From NCBI GenBank assembly GCA_035221665.1, contig CM069154.1, positions 12,400,001 to 12,464,000 of the forward strand: a stretch of DNA of 64,000 bases, written 5' to 3'. Below are positions 1 through 13,161 of this stretch, piece by piece. The notes under the pieces are model-generated. The model ran no database searches. It saw nothing but the letters and a program-made list of their open reading frames with translations, and was not told the DNA's origin. Each line of letters begins with the position of its first letter. Within the stretch, counting starts at the first letter, position 1. The translations under genes were made by a program, and so were the position numbers. Origin of the DNA: Okamejei kenojei (taxonomy: Eukaryota).

Positions 1-439
1 GTGTTATCTGATTTGATTGGATAGCAAACTAAACAGAGCTATTAAATACTTGTTTATGACCAGACAAAAGGAGGCCATTTATCCTATTGAATCCAGGCTA
101 GCTCCTAGCAGGACAATCCCATTAGCGCCATCCTCCCTCTCCTTGCTTCCCTGCAATCCTGCAATTTAATTATCTCTCCCACATGTCTGTCAACTCAATT
201 TATTTAATTTTTTTTTTATTTTTTTAAATTATTAATAATATATATATATTTGGCTTTTACTTTCACTAAGTGGCAATTGACAGTGGCCAGTTAACAGACC
301 AGCTCATGTGGGAGGAAACTGAAGCACCCAGGTGAAATCCTTCTGTACCGTTAATGGTGGCTAGGAATACACAAACTGTCCTGTCTCCCTGTCTCTAGCT
401 GAACTGAGTCACGCGACCTCTCTTCCCCTGAAATGGTTC

Positions 440-735
440 AGTTTAGAGATACAGCCTGGAAACGGGGCCCCTCTGCCCACTGAGTCCACACTGACCAGCG
501 ATCCCCGCACACTAACAATATCCTCCACACACCAGGGACAATTTGCAATTTTACTGAAGCCGATTAACCTACAAACCTGTACACCTTTGGGGTGTGGGAG
601 GAAACCAGATCACCCAGAGAAACCCACGCAGGTCACGGGGAGAATGTACAAACTCCGTGCAGACAGCACCCATAGTCAGGATCTAACCCGGGTCCCTGCC
701 GCTGTAAGGCAGCAACTCTACCGCTCTGCCACCCG
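440..735 (-). mobile_element. HE1-type tRNA-derived V-SINE
   Basis: Reverse complement of tRNA-like head, V-domain and CR1-like tail. Confidence 0.85.
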
Positions 736-1090
736 CTGAATTTTTTCTTGAAGGTCTCTCATTAATCGCCCCCACCAAGTTTCCCAGCCTGTCTTGGAAA
801 AAAATGAATAGGTGACGTTTCGGGTTGAGACTGCTCACCTAATCCTTTTCTCTGGAGATGCTGGCTGGCCCGCTGAGGTAGTCCAGCATTTTGCGTCTAT
901 CCCTCAGTAGAAGTATTGGTTTCTAGTCGAGAAATAACTAAAGATCTTGAAGCCGAGACAATAAAGGGCTGCTGAATTGCGCATCAGAAGTAATTATTTT
1001 CCGATGCGAATAATTCTGACAGAGTATCCTCTTCGTGACTGACTGTCCGTAGGTACCCACAGTTTTTCAGAAGGCAGTCTCTGAAAGAAT

Positions 1091-1387
1091 GGGTGGCACA
1101 GTAGCACAGTGGTTGAGTTGCTGTCTTATAGCGCCAGAGATCCGGGTTTGATCCTGACTTTGGGTGCCGTCTGTACGGAGTTTGTACGTTCTCCCTGTGA
1201 CCACGTGGGTTTTCTCCGGGTGCTCGGGTTTCCTCCCACACTCCAAAGACATACTGCTTTGTAGGTTAATTCGCTTTGGTAAATTGTCCCCAGTGTGAAG
1301 GATAGTGTGGGTGTACAGGTGATCGATGGTCAGCATGGACACGGTGGAGCGATGTGCCTGTTTCCACGCTGTATCTCTAAACTAAAC
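1091..1387 (+). mobile_element. HE1-type V-SINE, full length
   Basis: A-box-like head, B-box-like GGTTTGATCC, V-domain GTTTGTACGTTCTCCC...TTTCCTCCCACA, tail GCCTGTTTCC...CTCTAAACTAAAC. Confidence 0.9.
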
Positions 1388-1646
1388 CCAGTCTCAATTC
1401 ATTACACAGGCTTGCACGACATTCTCTTTTAAGCTTGCTTTTACTTTTAATATACCCTGAAGAAGTCCCATTGCTTATGGGTAAACATCTGAGTTAAAGG
1501 CGCAGGCAAGTACAACAGATCTTTTATAAGTATTTTGTTGTTGCCACTGTTTGAGGGAGGATTGTTGGTCTGGACTCCTGTAGAATTCACTGAGCATTTG
1601 CCCTGAGTACAGTCATTGTTCTCTTCCCAATGAACCTATTTTATTC

Positions 1647-1851
1647 AAAAAATGCTGGAGTAACTCAGTGGGACAGGCAGCATCTCTGGATAGAAGGACT
1701 GGGAGACCTTTTGGGTCGAGACCCTTCTTCAGACTCGACCCGAAACATCTCCTGTTCCTTCTCTCCAGAGATGTTGCCTGACCTGCTGAGTTGCTCCAGA
1801 ATTTTGAGTCTATCTCCGGTGTAAACCAGCATCTGCAGTTCCTTCCTACAC
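1647..1851. mobile_element. Penelope-derived fold-back element (inverted arms)
   Basis: Arm TGCTGGAGTAACTCAG...GGCAGCATCTCTGGA...CTTCTTCAGAC followed by its reverse complement; the same arm ends the GIY-YIG-bearing copies. Confidence 0.75.
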
Positions 1852-2242
1852 TGTTTTATTCACAAATCATTTTCTCCAATGTATCTGGGTGGTTTCCTCC
1901 TGATCACTCTGCAAGGTGTATTCATCTGGTGTTTGTGTGATACCAACTGTTGGCTTCATAGCAACTAGTTAATCCGGGAGTATTGTGTTTATAGGCCTGT
2001 AATGCTGCTGCAAGAAAGAATGTAATTGTTCAGTTTTTGTGACGTATGACAATTCAACACGTTGACTCTTGATCAAACCGAAGGTAGTTCTGCCTTTGTG
2101 ATCATCAATTACAGTCTGACCCTGCGTCGGTAGAATTTATCCTAAACCCAACCTACAGAGCATGTAATATCTAACCCAGGCTGTCCTTGCAGTCGCAGTG
2201 TAGCCATTGTGTGCTTGGTGTCCAGTAGAGCTATGGGTTATA

Positions 2243-2452
2243 ATAGGAAGGAACTGCAGATGCAGGTTTACACCATAGATAGACAGAATAAGTGCTGAAG
2301 TAACTCAGCGGGTCAGGCAGCATCTCTGGAGGAAAAAGGGTAGGTGACGTTTCGGGTCGGGACCATTTCTCAGGCTTGACCTGAGATGTCGCCCACCCTT
2401 TATCTCCAGAGATGCTGCCTGACCCGCTGAGTTACTCCAGCATTTGTGTCTG
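2243..2452. mobile_element. Penelope-derived fold-back element with probable 11-bp TSD
   Basis: Inverted arms; flanks agctatgggtt (2229-2239) and agctataggtt (2457-2467). Confidence 0.75.
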
Positions 2453-3137
2453 TATTAGCTATAGGTTGTGTTCGCTTGGTACTTGGTCCTCGCTGAGCTA
2501 TGCAACATCAGAGAGAGGTTGCCGGAGCAGCAGCCAGTTTATATCTGTGTGCAAGGGTGTGAGTTAATATTGGGCAGCAATGTGTGGTGGGCTGATATGT
2601 GGTGCATGGCAGCCAAGTATTATGAGGAGGAGCAGCGTGGAGCAAAACTCCACAATCTCTTGCAGCAAAACAGGAAATGCAGTCAGTTCCTGAGAAGAGC
2701 AAAAACTGGGTTTAAAAAAAGTTTTCAGTTCCATCACCACAAATGTTTGGACAGTAGACGTTGAATGCGCCCCTCTCTCTGGAAGCAGCTGGAATAAATA
2801 TGAGTATCCTTTTATTCCACATTCCTAATGGAATGATGAGCAGCCAGCTCCAAACCCAGGTACAGGCATGTGGGTCAAAGGTAACGTGACCTTGTGAAGT
2901 CAATTCCTCCGTCCTGTTTACCATGAAGGATATGACTTTTGTTTAAAAAGACAAAAAACTGGAGTTTCTTTGTATTTCTCTTACTTTGGCAAATCAGTCG
3001 TGATAATTGCATTCTTGACACTCTGGCCAGATCCCAATTAAAATAAATGTCCTGATGCTGAGTGCAACAAAATAGAGTCTGAAGAAGGGTTCCGATCGAA
3101 ACGTCACCTATTCCTTCCCTCCAGAGATGCTGCCGTA

Positions 3138-3383
3138 AGGGCCTCTCCCGTTTGACGATTTTCTCGGCGACTGTCGGCATCATTGACTGACGTTTCAGGT
3201 CACCAAAAAAGTCCTGGCGGTGACGTGGCGTGACAGCGTATTGACGAGTGGTGTCTCCTCAAGTGTTACAACATTTTTTTTGTCGCTGCTGGATTTTGAA
3301 ATGTTCAAAATCTTTCAGTGACCTGATACGTCAGTCAATGACACCGGCAGTCGTCGAAAAAATCGCCATGTGAGACAGGCCCT
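3138..3383. mobile_element. Harbinger-type MITE nested in a Penelope-derived arm
   Basis: TIRs AGGGCCTCTCCC / GAGACAGGCCCT with long internal inverted arms; TAA on the right flank. Confidence 0.65.
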
Positions 3384-3626
3384 TAACCCGCTGAGTTACT
3401 CCGGCATTTTGTGACTATCTTTGGTATTAACCAGCACATGCAGTTACTTCCTGCGCAAAATGCAAACTGATGTTGATCTGCTTTTGTAGTAGGTGTGCAT
3501 TTGGGAAACAAATGTGACACTGACTCGTGCGAGACCTTGTGGCCTGGTTGGAAGAATTTGTGATCTACCCTATCTGGGTAATAACTGTCTAAATTGAGAA
3601 GACCAGGAAATAAATCTACGTTACAG

Positions 3627-4165
3627 ATGATACGATACAATAGAAATTTATTTATCCCAGGAGGGAAATTGGTCTGCCAATAGTCATGAAACACAACAAG
3701 ATACATGAAATTAAAGTGANNNNNNNNNNNNNNNNNNNNNNNNNNNNNNNNNNNNNNNNNNNNNNNNNNNNNNNNNNNNNNNNNNNNNNNNNNNNNNNNN
3801 NNNNNNNNNNNNNNNNNNNNNNNNNNNNNNNNNNNNNNNNNNNNNNNNNNNNNNNNNNNNNNNNNNCCCCCCTCCCCCCCTCTCCTGTGGGGAAGCAGCT
3901 ATTCCTGAACCTGGATGTTGCACATTTCAGGGGAGTGGAAAGTCCAGGATTGGGGATCTGCAAAGATGGGGGCAGGGGAGTCAGTCTACCCCACGACGGG
4001 AGGGGTTGTACAGTTTGATAGCCACAGGGACAAAGGATCTCCTGTGGCGTTCTGTGCTGCATCTTGGAGGAACCAGTCTGCTGCCGAAGGTGCTCCTCGG
4101 GTTGACCAGTGTGTCATGGAGGGGGTGAGCTGTATTGTCCAGGGTGCTCCGCAAGACTTGCACCT
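3627..4165 (-). mobile_element. Rex1/Babar-like LINE 3' fragment
   Basis: Minus-strand peptide HPLHDTL...LVPPRCSTERHRRSFVPVAIKLYN, then 3' UTR and short tandem tail; spans the gap. Confidence 0.65.
3720..3866. other. Assembly gap (run of N)
   Basis: Continuous N bases inside a LINE 3' fragment, next to a C-run. Confidence 0.99.
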
Positions 4166-4434
4166 TTGAAAGCAGCTGCTTTTTTTAACGAATAAAATAT
4201 TTTTTCTGTGGTCGATTCACAGGGGTATGCCAAAAACGATGAAGATATTCCATGATTGATGTTTTGAAAAGTTATGAAACGATTGATTTATTTAAAACAT
4301 TGAAGGAGTTTTCACATCTGGGGGAGTTCAAGCTAAAGGTTGCAGATAAAAGACCTCATAAATAAAACCAATGCATCAGTTCAAGATTTTTTGAATAAAA
4401 CAAGTTTTGTGCAGAGTGGTTACAGTATCCTGTT

Positions 4435-4683
4435 AGCCAGGACAGTTTCTACCCGGCTGTTATCAGGCAACGACACCATCCCACCACAACTAGAGAGCAG
4501 TCCTGATCTACGATCTACGATCTACCTCATTGGTGACCCTCGGACTATCTTTGACCGGACTTTACTTGCTTTATCTCGCACCAGACGTTATTCTCTTATC
4601 GTGTATCCATACACTGTAAATGACTCTATTATAACCATGTATTGTCTTTCCGCTAGCTGGTTAGCACGCAACAAAAGCTTTTC
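4435..4683 (+). mobile_element. LINE 3' tail (probably Rex1-type); related copies at ~6170-6405, 14665-14940, 43325-43565, 53575-53832
   Basis: Recurrent CTACCTCATTGGTGACCCTCGGACTATC...AGCACGCAACAAAAGCTTTT; other copies end in (CTAAA)n. Confidence 0.55.
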
Positions 4684-5065
4684 TGAAGCTTTGAACTGAG
4701 GGATAACCGTAGCAAATGGCGCAGTGCATTTTGGGGGAACCTGGAAGAATGTAGCACCTTATATTTTGCTTCAAGTATAAATATTAATTTCTCTATCATC
4801 AAGTAACCCTTGCATCCTCTCTCTCACTGTCCCTCCCCCACCCTAGTATTCCTTCTAGTGTCCTTGTCATGCTATGATCTTCCCCACAGCCACCAATGGA
4901 CCATTGTGGGCTCCACTTTTCCTTGATCATCGTTGCCAGCTTTGATCTGTCTTTCTTTCATTCATTTGTTTCCTGTACCTTTCCCACGCCTCTCGGTTCC
5001 CTCTCCCCTGACTCGCAGCCTGAAGAATGATCTCGACCCGAAATGTCACCTATTCCTTTTCTCCA

Positions 5066-5285
5066 GGCCCACCGAGTCTGTACCAACCAACGATCCCTAC
5101 ACACACTAGGGACAATTTACAATTATACCAAGCCAATTAACCAACAAACCTGTACGTCTTTGGAGTGTGGGAGGAAACAGAAGATCTTGGAGAAAACCCA
5201 CGCAGGTCATGGGGAGAACGTACAAACTCTGTGAAGACAGCGCCCGTAGTCTGGATCGAACCTGGGTCTCTGGCAGCACTACCGT
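5066..5285 (-). mobile_element. HE1-type V-SINE fused to a Penelope 3' fragment (4770-5066)
   Basis: V-domain reverse complement. Confidence 0.8.
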
Positions 5286-5754
5286 TTGATTTGATAGCTT
5301 TTTTCCTTTCCCATTTAGTTTGGTTTATTTAGTTTATTTTATTGTCACATGTATCGAGGTACAGTGAAAAGCATTGGCCTGGGCAGTTGCGGGGTCTAAA
5401 CATAGTCGTAACTAAACTGAATCAGAAGGTCGTGATCGGAAGAATAAGTTCCCGATTATTTTTATACCACAATGGTACTGAGCTGGACAGAGCCCGAAGG
5501 TTTGCAAGTTCAGTTGTTGCCTCGTTGTGAATAAGCTCACTGCCCGCTAATCATTTCGAAGTCACAGCATCCGGGAGGCGTTAGAAGATGATCTATGAAT
5601 GACACTGACCTTGTGGTCTTTGCTGATGAGATCTTCCTCAGATTTCTATTGTTCCTGACATTGTGTGTGTGTCAAACCATTCTGTAACCGTTCCCATTAT
5701 AGACCGTAGCACAAAAACAACAACTGGCGGTGTGTTGACTTTAGACCTTGCTCT

Positions 5755-6012
5755 TTAGACTTTGGAGGTACTGTGTGGAGACAGGCCTTTGGCCCACTGA
5801 GTGCGTGCCGACGAGCGATCACCCTGTACACTAGCACTATCCTACACGCTGGGGGCAATTTTTCTATTTTACAGAACCCAATGAACCTACATACCTCTGT
5901 GTGGGAGGCACCCGGAGAAAACCCACTCTGTCCCAGGGAGAAGGTACAAACTCCGTACATACAGTAGCCAAAGTCAGGATCGAACCCGGATCTCTGGCAC
6001 TCTGCTGCTGCG
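5755..6012 (-). mobile_element. HE1-type V-SINE
   Basis: V-domain and tail reverse complement. Confidence 0.8.
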
Positions 6013-6447
6013 CAACCGTTCCGTCCCAAGGCATAAGAACGTGGAGTGCCCGCTTTGTAGGCTGTTTCAGTGTTCTGCTGTTTGCTGCCATTGTTAATGG
6101 AGCCATCAGTGATAGCTGTTTGTGTGAATGACTATTGATGCCTTGTGAATTTGGGGTTAGAAGGATTGGCTGTGAACTGCCATAACCTGAGAGCAGTGCT
6201 GAACTACTATCTACCTCCTTGCTGACCATTGGACTATCCTTGATCTGCCTTTGCTGGCTTTACCTTGCACTAAACATTATTCCCTTATGTATCTATACAC
6301 TGTATATGGCTCGATTGTAATCAATGTATTGTCTTTCTGCTGACTGGTTAGCACGCAACAAAAGCTTTTCTCTGTACCTTGGTACACGTGACAATAAACT
6401 AAGCTGATGTACACACTGAACTGATATTACTGCATGAAGAGCAAATG

Positions 6448-6872
6448 TTCTGAGGAAGAGTCCCAACCCGAAACATCACCTATCCATGGTAGACAAAAGT
6501 GCTGGAGTAACTCAGCGGGTGAGGCTGCATCTATGGAGCGAAGGAAATAGGCAACGTTTTGGGCAGAAAACCTTCTTCAGACTGATGTAGGGTGGGTGGG
6601 GGACGGGAAGAAGAAAGGAAGAGGAGGAGCCAGAGGGCTGAGGGAGAGCTGAGAAGGGGAGGGGACAGCAAGGATTTCCTTTGCTCCATAGATGCTGCCT
6701 CACCCGCTGAGTTTCTCCAGCACTTTTGTCTACCTTCGATTTTCCAGCATTTGCAGTTCCTTCTTGAACGTTACCTATCCGTGTTCTCCAGAGATACTGC
6801 TTGACCTGCTGTGTTACTCCAGCACTTTGTGTCTTTTCTTTGTAAACCAGCATCTGTTGTTCATCGTTTCTA
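6448..6872. mobile_element. Nested Penelope-derived fold-back elements (one subfamily inserted in another)
   Basis: Outer arm interrupted with acctatcc(a/g)tg duplicated; inner element has inverted arms. Confidence 0.65.
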
Positions 6873-6974
6873 CTCCATTCTGAGATTGTTAGATTTTTTT
6901 TTCCCCAGTAAATATGTGTAGTAGGGGAAGGTATAACGCTATCTTAATATATTGCTGTTAATTAAAAACAGATC

Positions 6975-7303
6975 AGAAGCAGGAGTAACTCAGCGGGTCA
7001 GCCAGCATCACTGCAGAAAATGAATGTGACGTTTGGGGTCGAGACCCTTCTTCAGACTGAGAGTAAGGGGGAAAAGGAAAGGAGAGATAAAGGCGGTGAT
7101 ATGGAACAAATGAATGAAAGATGCAAAAAAAAAAACAATGATAAAGGAAACAGGCCATTTTTAGCTGTGGACTAGGTGAAAACGAGTTACAGACAATGAA
7201 ACTAGTACAGCAACTAGAGTGGGGGAGGGACAGAGAGAGAGGGGATGCAAGGCTTACTTGAAGTTAGAGCAATCAAGATTCGCACCACTGGGTTGTAAGC
7301 TGC
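6975..7303 (-). mobile_element. Penelope 3' end fragment
   Basis: Arm, purine-rich spacer and end of the GIY-YIG region, similar to 34425-34975. Confidence 0.7.
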
Positions 7304-8239
7304 TTAAAAAGAACGTTGCACACTTTGTGCAAAGTCTTTGGAAGGAGAATCAGAGTTAACGTTTAAGGTTTGTAAGAAAGAACTGCAGATGCAGGTTTCT
7401 TTCGAAGAGAGGCACAAAGTGCTGGAGTAACTCGGCGGGTCAGGCAGCATCTCTGGAGGCCGAGGACAGAAAGGTCAGTGTAGGTCGAAGTGTTTAGCAA
7501 TTAATTAACTTCCCCGAACGTGATGAAATAACAGCTGGTGTAGGCTATTTGGAAAGAAGAAGTTAGACTGGCATTTAAAGGTTGAGTTGGTTCCTTCATT
7601 TCCCAGCTTCAGTCGGCCTTTTGCAATAGTCCTCAGAAAGAGAAGTAGGTTCTGTGAAGAAAATAAGAACAGGTTTTGTAGTGCGCTGTAGTAAATATCA
7701 GCAGGAAGTTTAGACAAATCAAATGAGGGACACTCTGCAAATCTGCAGACTCAACCCATCAGTTGAGGTTTAGCGATAAGCTGTATTATAGGGATGGCAG
7801 ATGAACATAGAGCCTGGATTGATGCTTGGAAGTTGATGTTGTGGCCATTGTGGAAATGTGGTTGCACCTCAGTGCTCCTGGTTTCATGATTTCGGAAGCA
7901 AAAAGAGGTAGAGGAATTGTGCTCCGTGGCTCAGATCGACAGTTAACTCTATTGAACAATGTAACAGACAGCCTTTGGTAATTTTTTTTTTTTAGCTTGC
8001 AGTAACAAAAATAAATTTTTAGCTGCTTAAAAAGAACGTTGCACACTTTGTGCAAAGTCTTTGGAAGGAGAATTAGAGTTAACGTTTAAGGTTTGTAAGA
8101 AAGAACTGCAGATGCAGGTTTCTTTTGAAGAGAGATACAAAATGCTGGAGTAACTCGGCGGGTCAGGCAGCATCTCTGGAGAGAAGGAATGGGTGACGTT
8201 CCGGGTCGTGTACCTTCTTCAGACTTAAAGGTTGATGTC

Positions 8240-8609
8240 CTTTCACCCTGACATCCGGGCGAGCATCTGTCGGGGGAGACAGGGTTTCCTCACCCCGCTA
8301 CACCAACGGCCCAGACCTCCCGTTTTGCGCTCAAACACTGAGTGCGGTAAACAGCTGCAGGGGCAGCGGTTATTGCTGGTTCCCTGGTTGCGCTGGGCAA
8401 GGTGTTGCCGGGGGGGGCCTTCTTGGGCCACTGCACGTGGTGAAGGAGGTCCCACTGGGCCTCAGTCATGGGGCTCCAGCATTCTGACGCGATGCCCGGG
8501 GGAAGAAAACCCCTTACTCTGTTATAGTGGACAGTCGGCAATAACGGACACCATTCCCCCCCCCCCACAAGCCTCTATATGGTCCGTTATTATGAGAGTT
8601 TACTGTAGT
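8240..8609. mobile_element. Tc1/mariner (Tigger-like) MITE fragment, GC-rich interior
   Basis: Right end ...GAGAGTTTACTG followed by TA, with AATAACGGA subterminal motifs in both orientations; left end not seen. Confidence 0.4.
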
Positions 8610-10000
8610 TGTAAATTCATCCCTGGCACTAATTTGAAACCATGTTGTCGTGGGATACTGGATGTTGCAGTAGATGAGAAAATGTTCGCCTAAACTAAAC
8701 TGAATGAAATTTGCCATTGCATAAACTTAATTGAGATGGTAACTAACCTACAGACAACAACCCCCTCCTCCCTTTTTCCCCATCGCTTCCCTGTGCCCCA
8801 TCAGGATTTGTACACATTTTTCCCCACCCTTCCCCGTTTCCTTCCGCTGAGGTACTCCAGCACTTTGTCTTTTTTTTAGTAAAACAGCCTCTGCATTCCT
8901 TGTTTCCCAATCTACATTCCCTCCCCTGGCTTCACAATTCACTCTATCCTGTCTCACACTTATTGTTTATTTCCATCTGTGGCCTTTGTCCAACCATAGG
9001 CCCATCAACCCCCTCCACATACCCACATATCACTTGCCAGGCTTTGTCCTCGTCCTGCCCCTACTTCTCTTCCAGTTTTCCTCCCTATCTCCACTCCTTG
9101 CACACTACAATCAGTTTGAAGAAGGTTCCTGACCTGAAACATTGCCTACTAAACAGGTGTCAGAGGTTATTGGGAGAAGGCAGGAGAATGGGGTTAGGAG
9201 GGGGAGATAGATCTGCCATGATTGAATGGCAGAGTAGACTTGATGGGCCGAATGGCCTATTTCTACTCCTATTCCTTATGACCTATCCATGCTCAACAGA
9301 GATGCTACCAGACCTGCTGAGTTACTCCAGCACTTTTTGTAACTGAGACAATCTCGACTTCCTTAGAGCCGAGCTGTAAATGGGGTCACAAATTTGCATT
9401 TTCAAGTTAGACAACAGGTGCAGGAGTAGGCCATTCGGCCCTTCGAGCCAGCATCGCCATTCACTGTGATCATGGCTGATCATCCACAATCAGTACCCCG
9501 TTCCTGCCTTCTCCCCATATCCCTTACTAATATTAATACTTTTCGGAAAGTGCAGCTAACTATCGGCAGTTTTAATTTACCTCTACAGTGCCCAGCCTGA
9601 TCAGTGAATTCATTTGTGATGTTTCCACTCTGAGGCGAAGCATTGATTAAAGTGGATATTTAGCTATTCTTTGTCCCACTGCAATGTTGAATCACCAGCA
9701 GGAATAAAGCGTCCAGACTTGGCCAAGAAAGCTTCCTTTTAACTTGCAAATTATGGTTGAGTGCAGCGTTATCCTGAAAGCAAGACTCTAAAGGGACCGT
9801 AAAGGCTTCACTGTGTGATATGTAGAGGAGTCGGGGCCAAAAGAGGCCTCATGATGTAAGCTTTTAACTTTTGGTCTGTGGTAACCCTTTCATGGTATAG
9901 TACGTGTGGAGATTTCCCTTCATACACGCTTCACTTTTATCATCTTTGTTAATTGCCCCGTGCTTTCTCAGTACATGAGGTTATGAAAAACAAACATTAA

Positions 10001-10517
10001 AGGGGCGGTCCCACTTGGGCGACCTAATTGACGAGTTTAGAAGAGTTTAAAAAGATGACGTTGAAGACCCCCTTCAACTTTGTAGAAGACCTCCCTTGAC
10101 TATGTTGAAGACCTCCTTCGACTAGCTACGACTAGCTACGGCCAACTTTGGGAAATTAGACATCGAATAGTGGAGAGTGAAGACAACCTCCTTCGACCTC
10201 CCTTCGACTATGGTGAAGACTATGTACGACTACCTTCGATTACCTACGACTAACATGCCAACCTTCTACGACTAAACCTACGAGTAAAAAAAGTATCGAT
10301 TTTTTTCCTATGGTGACCTTTTTTTACTCGCGGGCATTTTTTAACATATAGAAAAAACGCCACGACCTAGCTGAGGCCTTGAGTACGCGGAGACCATTCT
10401 CGAGCATGAAGGAGAGCTATGAAGACCTACGACCTCGTGCCGACCATGCTGCGAGTATGCATCGAAGGCAAACTCACCAGAACTCGCGGATTAGGTCGCC
10501 CAAGTGGGACAGGCCCT
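10001..10517. mobile_element. PIF/Harbinger-type MITE, TAA TSD
   Basis: TAA 9998-10000 and 10518-10520; TIR AGGGGCGGTCCCACTTGGGCGACCTAAT / ATTAGGTCGCCCAAGTGGGACAGGCCCT; second copy at 56669-57155. Confidence 0.85.
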
Positions 10518-11584
10518 TAAGTTGACTAGCAGCTACGTCAAACCACCAGGATTTCTCCATCCCTCCCCCATCGTGGCCTCTACATTTCCTTAATCATCCT
10601 TACCTTTTTTAATTTATTTCATTAATTTGTTCTTTATCTCTCTCTATCACTGTCTATATCCCTCCTTTCCCTCTCCCCTCCTCTGAAGAAGGGTCTCAAC
10701 CCCAAAACTTTTTCTCCAGAGATGCTGCCTGACCCACTGAGTTACTCCAACTTTGTGTGTTTATCTTTGGATTTCTGGTTTATTTGGTTAGTTTGAAGTC
10801 GCTTCAAATTTATTTCTGCTGGTAAATCGTGTATGTGTGATGTGAAGAAATCTATACGTTACACTAAAATAAGAGATGAGAGGTAAATGTTAGACTAAGA
10901 TCTGTAGCAATTCCTGTAGAAGTGATAATAAAATTCTTCCATCGTAAACATTCTCAAATTCTCCAATAATGGAAGCAAGCCATTGCATAACGTCATTTAA
11001 AAGAATTTGGACAGGCACATGGATAGGAAAGGTTTAGAGGTATATGTGGGTCAAACGTGGGCAGGCGGGACTTGCATAGATGGACCATCTTGGTCTTCAC
11101 GGGCAAGTTGGGCTGAAGGGCCTGTTTCCGTGCAGTTTGACTGAATCGGGAGACATTTGGGCGTACAATCTGGGTGGACTGCATGAAATCCCATAGGACT
11201 GCAGCACCAGTAGTAAGGAGGCAAAACGATAACTTGCTGGAGATTCGGGGACATAATCTGGGTCAACAGCATAAAATTCCACAGCAATGTTCAAAGCAAG
11301 GACGTTCCAGTTTTCCGCCCATATTTCAAATTGTCTCGCATGGTTTTTACAGCAGTTTTCATTGCCAACCATCAAAGTGGAAAAATGTTTAAAGCGTGTC
11401 AGCGTTTCACTCCAGGCAGTCCGATCAATCCATGGGCAGCGGTTTGGTTTCACTTGCGATTACAGCATCTGCAGTCTCTGGTGTCCCGGGGGTCGTATTT
11501 GGCTGGGAGATTTGAAGGTAAATGGAAAGAGTAAATGATGTCAACAGCACAGCAGAAACATTTGGCAAAGCAGTCACTTTGGCT

Positions 11585-11888
11585 TGGAGAAACAGCACGG
11601 AAACAGGCCCTTCGGCCCACCGAGTCCGGGCCGACTAGCGATCCCCGCACATTAACACGATCCTACACACACTAGGGACAATTTTTACACTTACCAAGCC
11701 AATTTACCAACAAACTTGCATGATCTATGGAGTGTGGGAGGGAACCGAAGATCTCGGAGAAAACCCACACAGTCACAGGGAGAACGTACAAACTCTGTAC
11801 CGACAGCACCCGTAGTCGGGATCGAACCCGGTCTGCGGTGCAGCAAGCGCTGTAAGGCAGCATCTCTACCGCTACGCTGCCATGCTGC
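11585..11888 (-). mobile_element. HE1-type V-SINE (variant with extended head)
   Basis: Full reverse-complement copy. Confidence 0.85.
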
Positions 11889-13161
11889 CTCTTGATACGG
11901 GTCCCCTCACTCCTCCCTCCTCCCACCCATCCCCAAAACAGACCAGGGGCCATGCAATAAACACTGCATTCAAAGCTCTGTAAGTGTCAATATAGTCGTA
12001 CAGCATGGAAACAGGCCCTTCAGCCCAACTTGGCCCTGCCAACCATCTACACTAGTCCCACTGACCTGCGTTTGGACCATATCCCTCTAAACCTCTGAAG
12101 TGCAGGGAATGTGATGTAAATTGCTGCCCCCACTTGGAAAAAGCGTTGTGACCCTGGGGTGCGAGAGGCAACAAACAGGTACTGAAGAGAGACAAAATGC
12201 TGGAGTAACTCAGCGGGGCAGGCAGCTTCTCGGGAATGGGTGACATTTCTGGTCGAGCCCCTTGCTGATCTTTGGCAGTGGGTTAAGTTCATATTTAGCA
12301 GAGAGACAGACAATCGCTCACACAGATTGGAACAGGAGCCTGGGCAGAGAAAGGAAAGTTAGTCTGAGCACGTCTTGCCGTCTGCCTGCCTCTTTGCCGG
12401 ATGTTGTCTCTGTCTCTGTCATTGTCGTGAGCGTTTGAGTTGCTTCCTTCCACGCTCGACAGGACAATGTGCTGTTGTTTACTATTGTGTTGAAGAGCTC
12501 TGCAGAGCCAGTGCTCCAGAGTGGCCTGGCTCGCATCCAACCCAGCTCTATGCATGTCACTGTACTTTCCACTGTAATTGGACACTGCGCAGAAGAGAAA
12601 CTTGGAATCTGCCTGTTTGTGATTTTGTGTCGAGCTCGGCAGTTATCCGATTCATTACTGATGCTGCCCAGGCATTCCATAGATTTAAAACCTAATTTTC
12701 TTGCTACATTCCATACTAATTTTCTTTCTACATTTCTTGCTAATTTTACAAACTGCACGTCATGTTGTGTATGAACGAACTGCAAATAACGGTTTACACT
12801 GAAGATGTACTGTAAATGACAAACATGCACATACTGAAGGTGGAGAAAAACGCTGGGAGAAACTCAGCAGATCAGGCAGCATCTCTGGAGACTGAGCTTG
12901 TTCAATACCTGTTATCAGGGAAAGATGACAATGGTTAAATTAAACACCTAGTTTTCCTACTTAGTTTTTAAAAAAAGGTGCGCAAAATGATGGAGTAACT
13001 CGCTGAGACAGGCAACTGGCCTGGGGAGCATGGATAGGTTGAGACCCTTCTTCAGACTCCAGCACGTTTTTTTGGAAACCAGCATCTGCAGTTCCTTATT
13101 TCTACATTTCATAATTAGTACTTCAAATAAGCATCTGATAACTGACTTGATTGAAACGTAA

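Noticed and set aside
1091-1170. tRNA-like sequences at SINE heads
   Set aside because: Always followed by the V-domain and LINE-like tail; they are SINE promoters, not tRNA genes
2800-2886. ATG-initiated 27-codon stretch ending at AAG|gtaacg as an upstream coding exon
   Set aside because: Phase 0 does not fit the DENND2C frame at either downstream acceptor; it could be a UTR exon but there is no support
10060-10285. Short interspersed repeats resembling a CRISPR array
   Set aside because: Irregular spacing, inside a TIR/TSD-bounded MITE with a second copy, in a vertebrate genome
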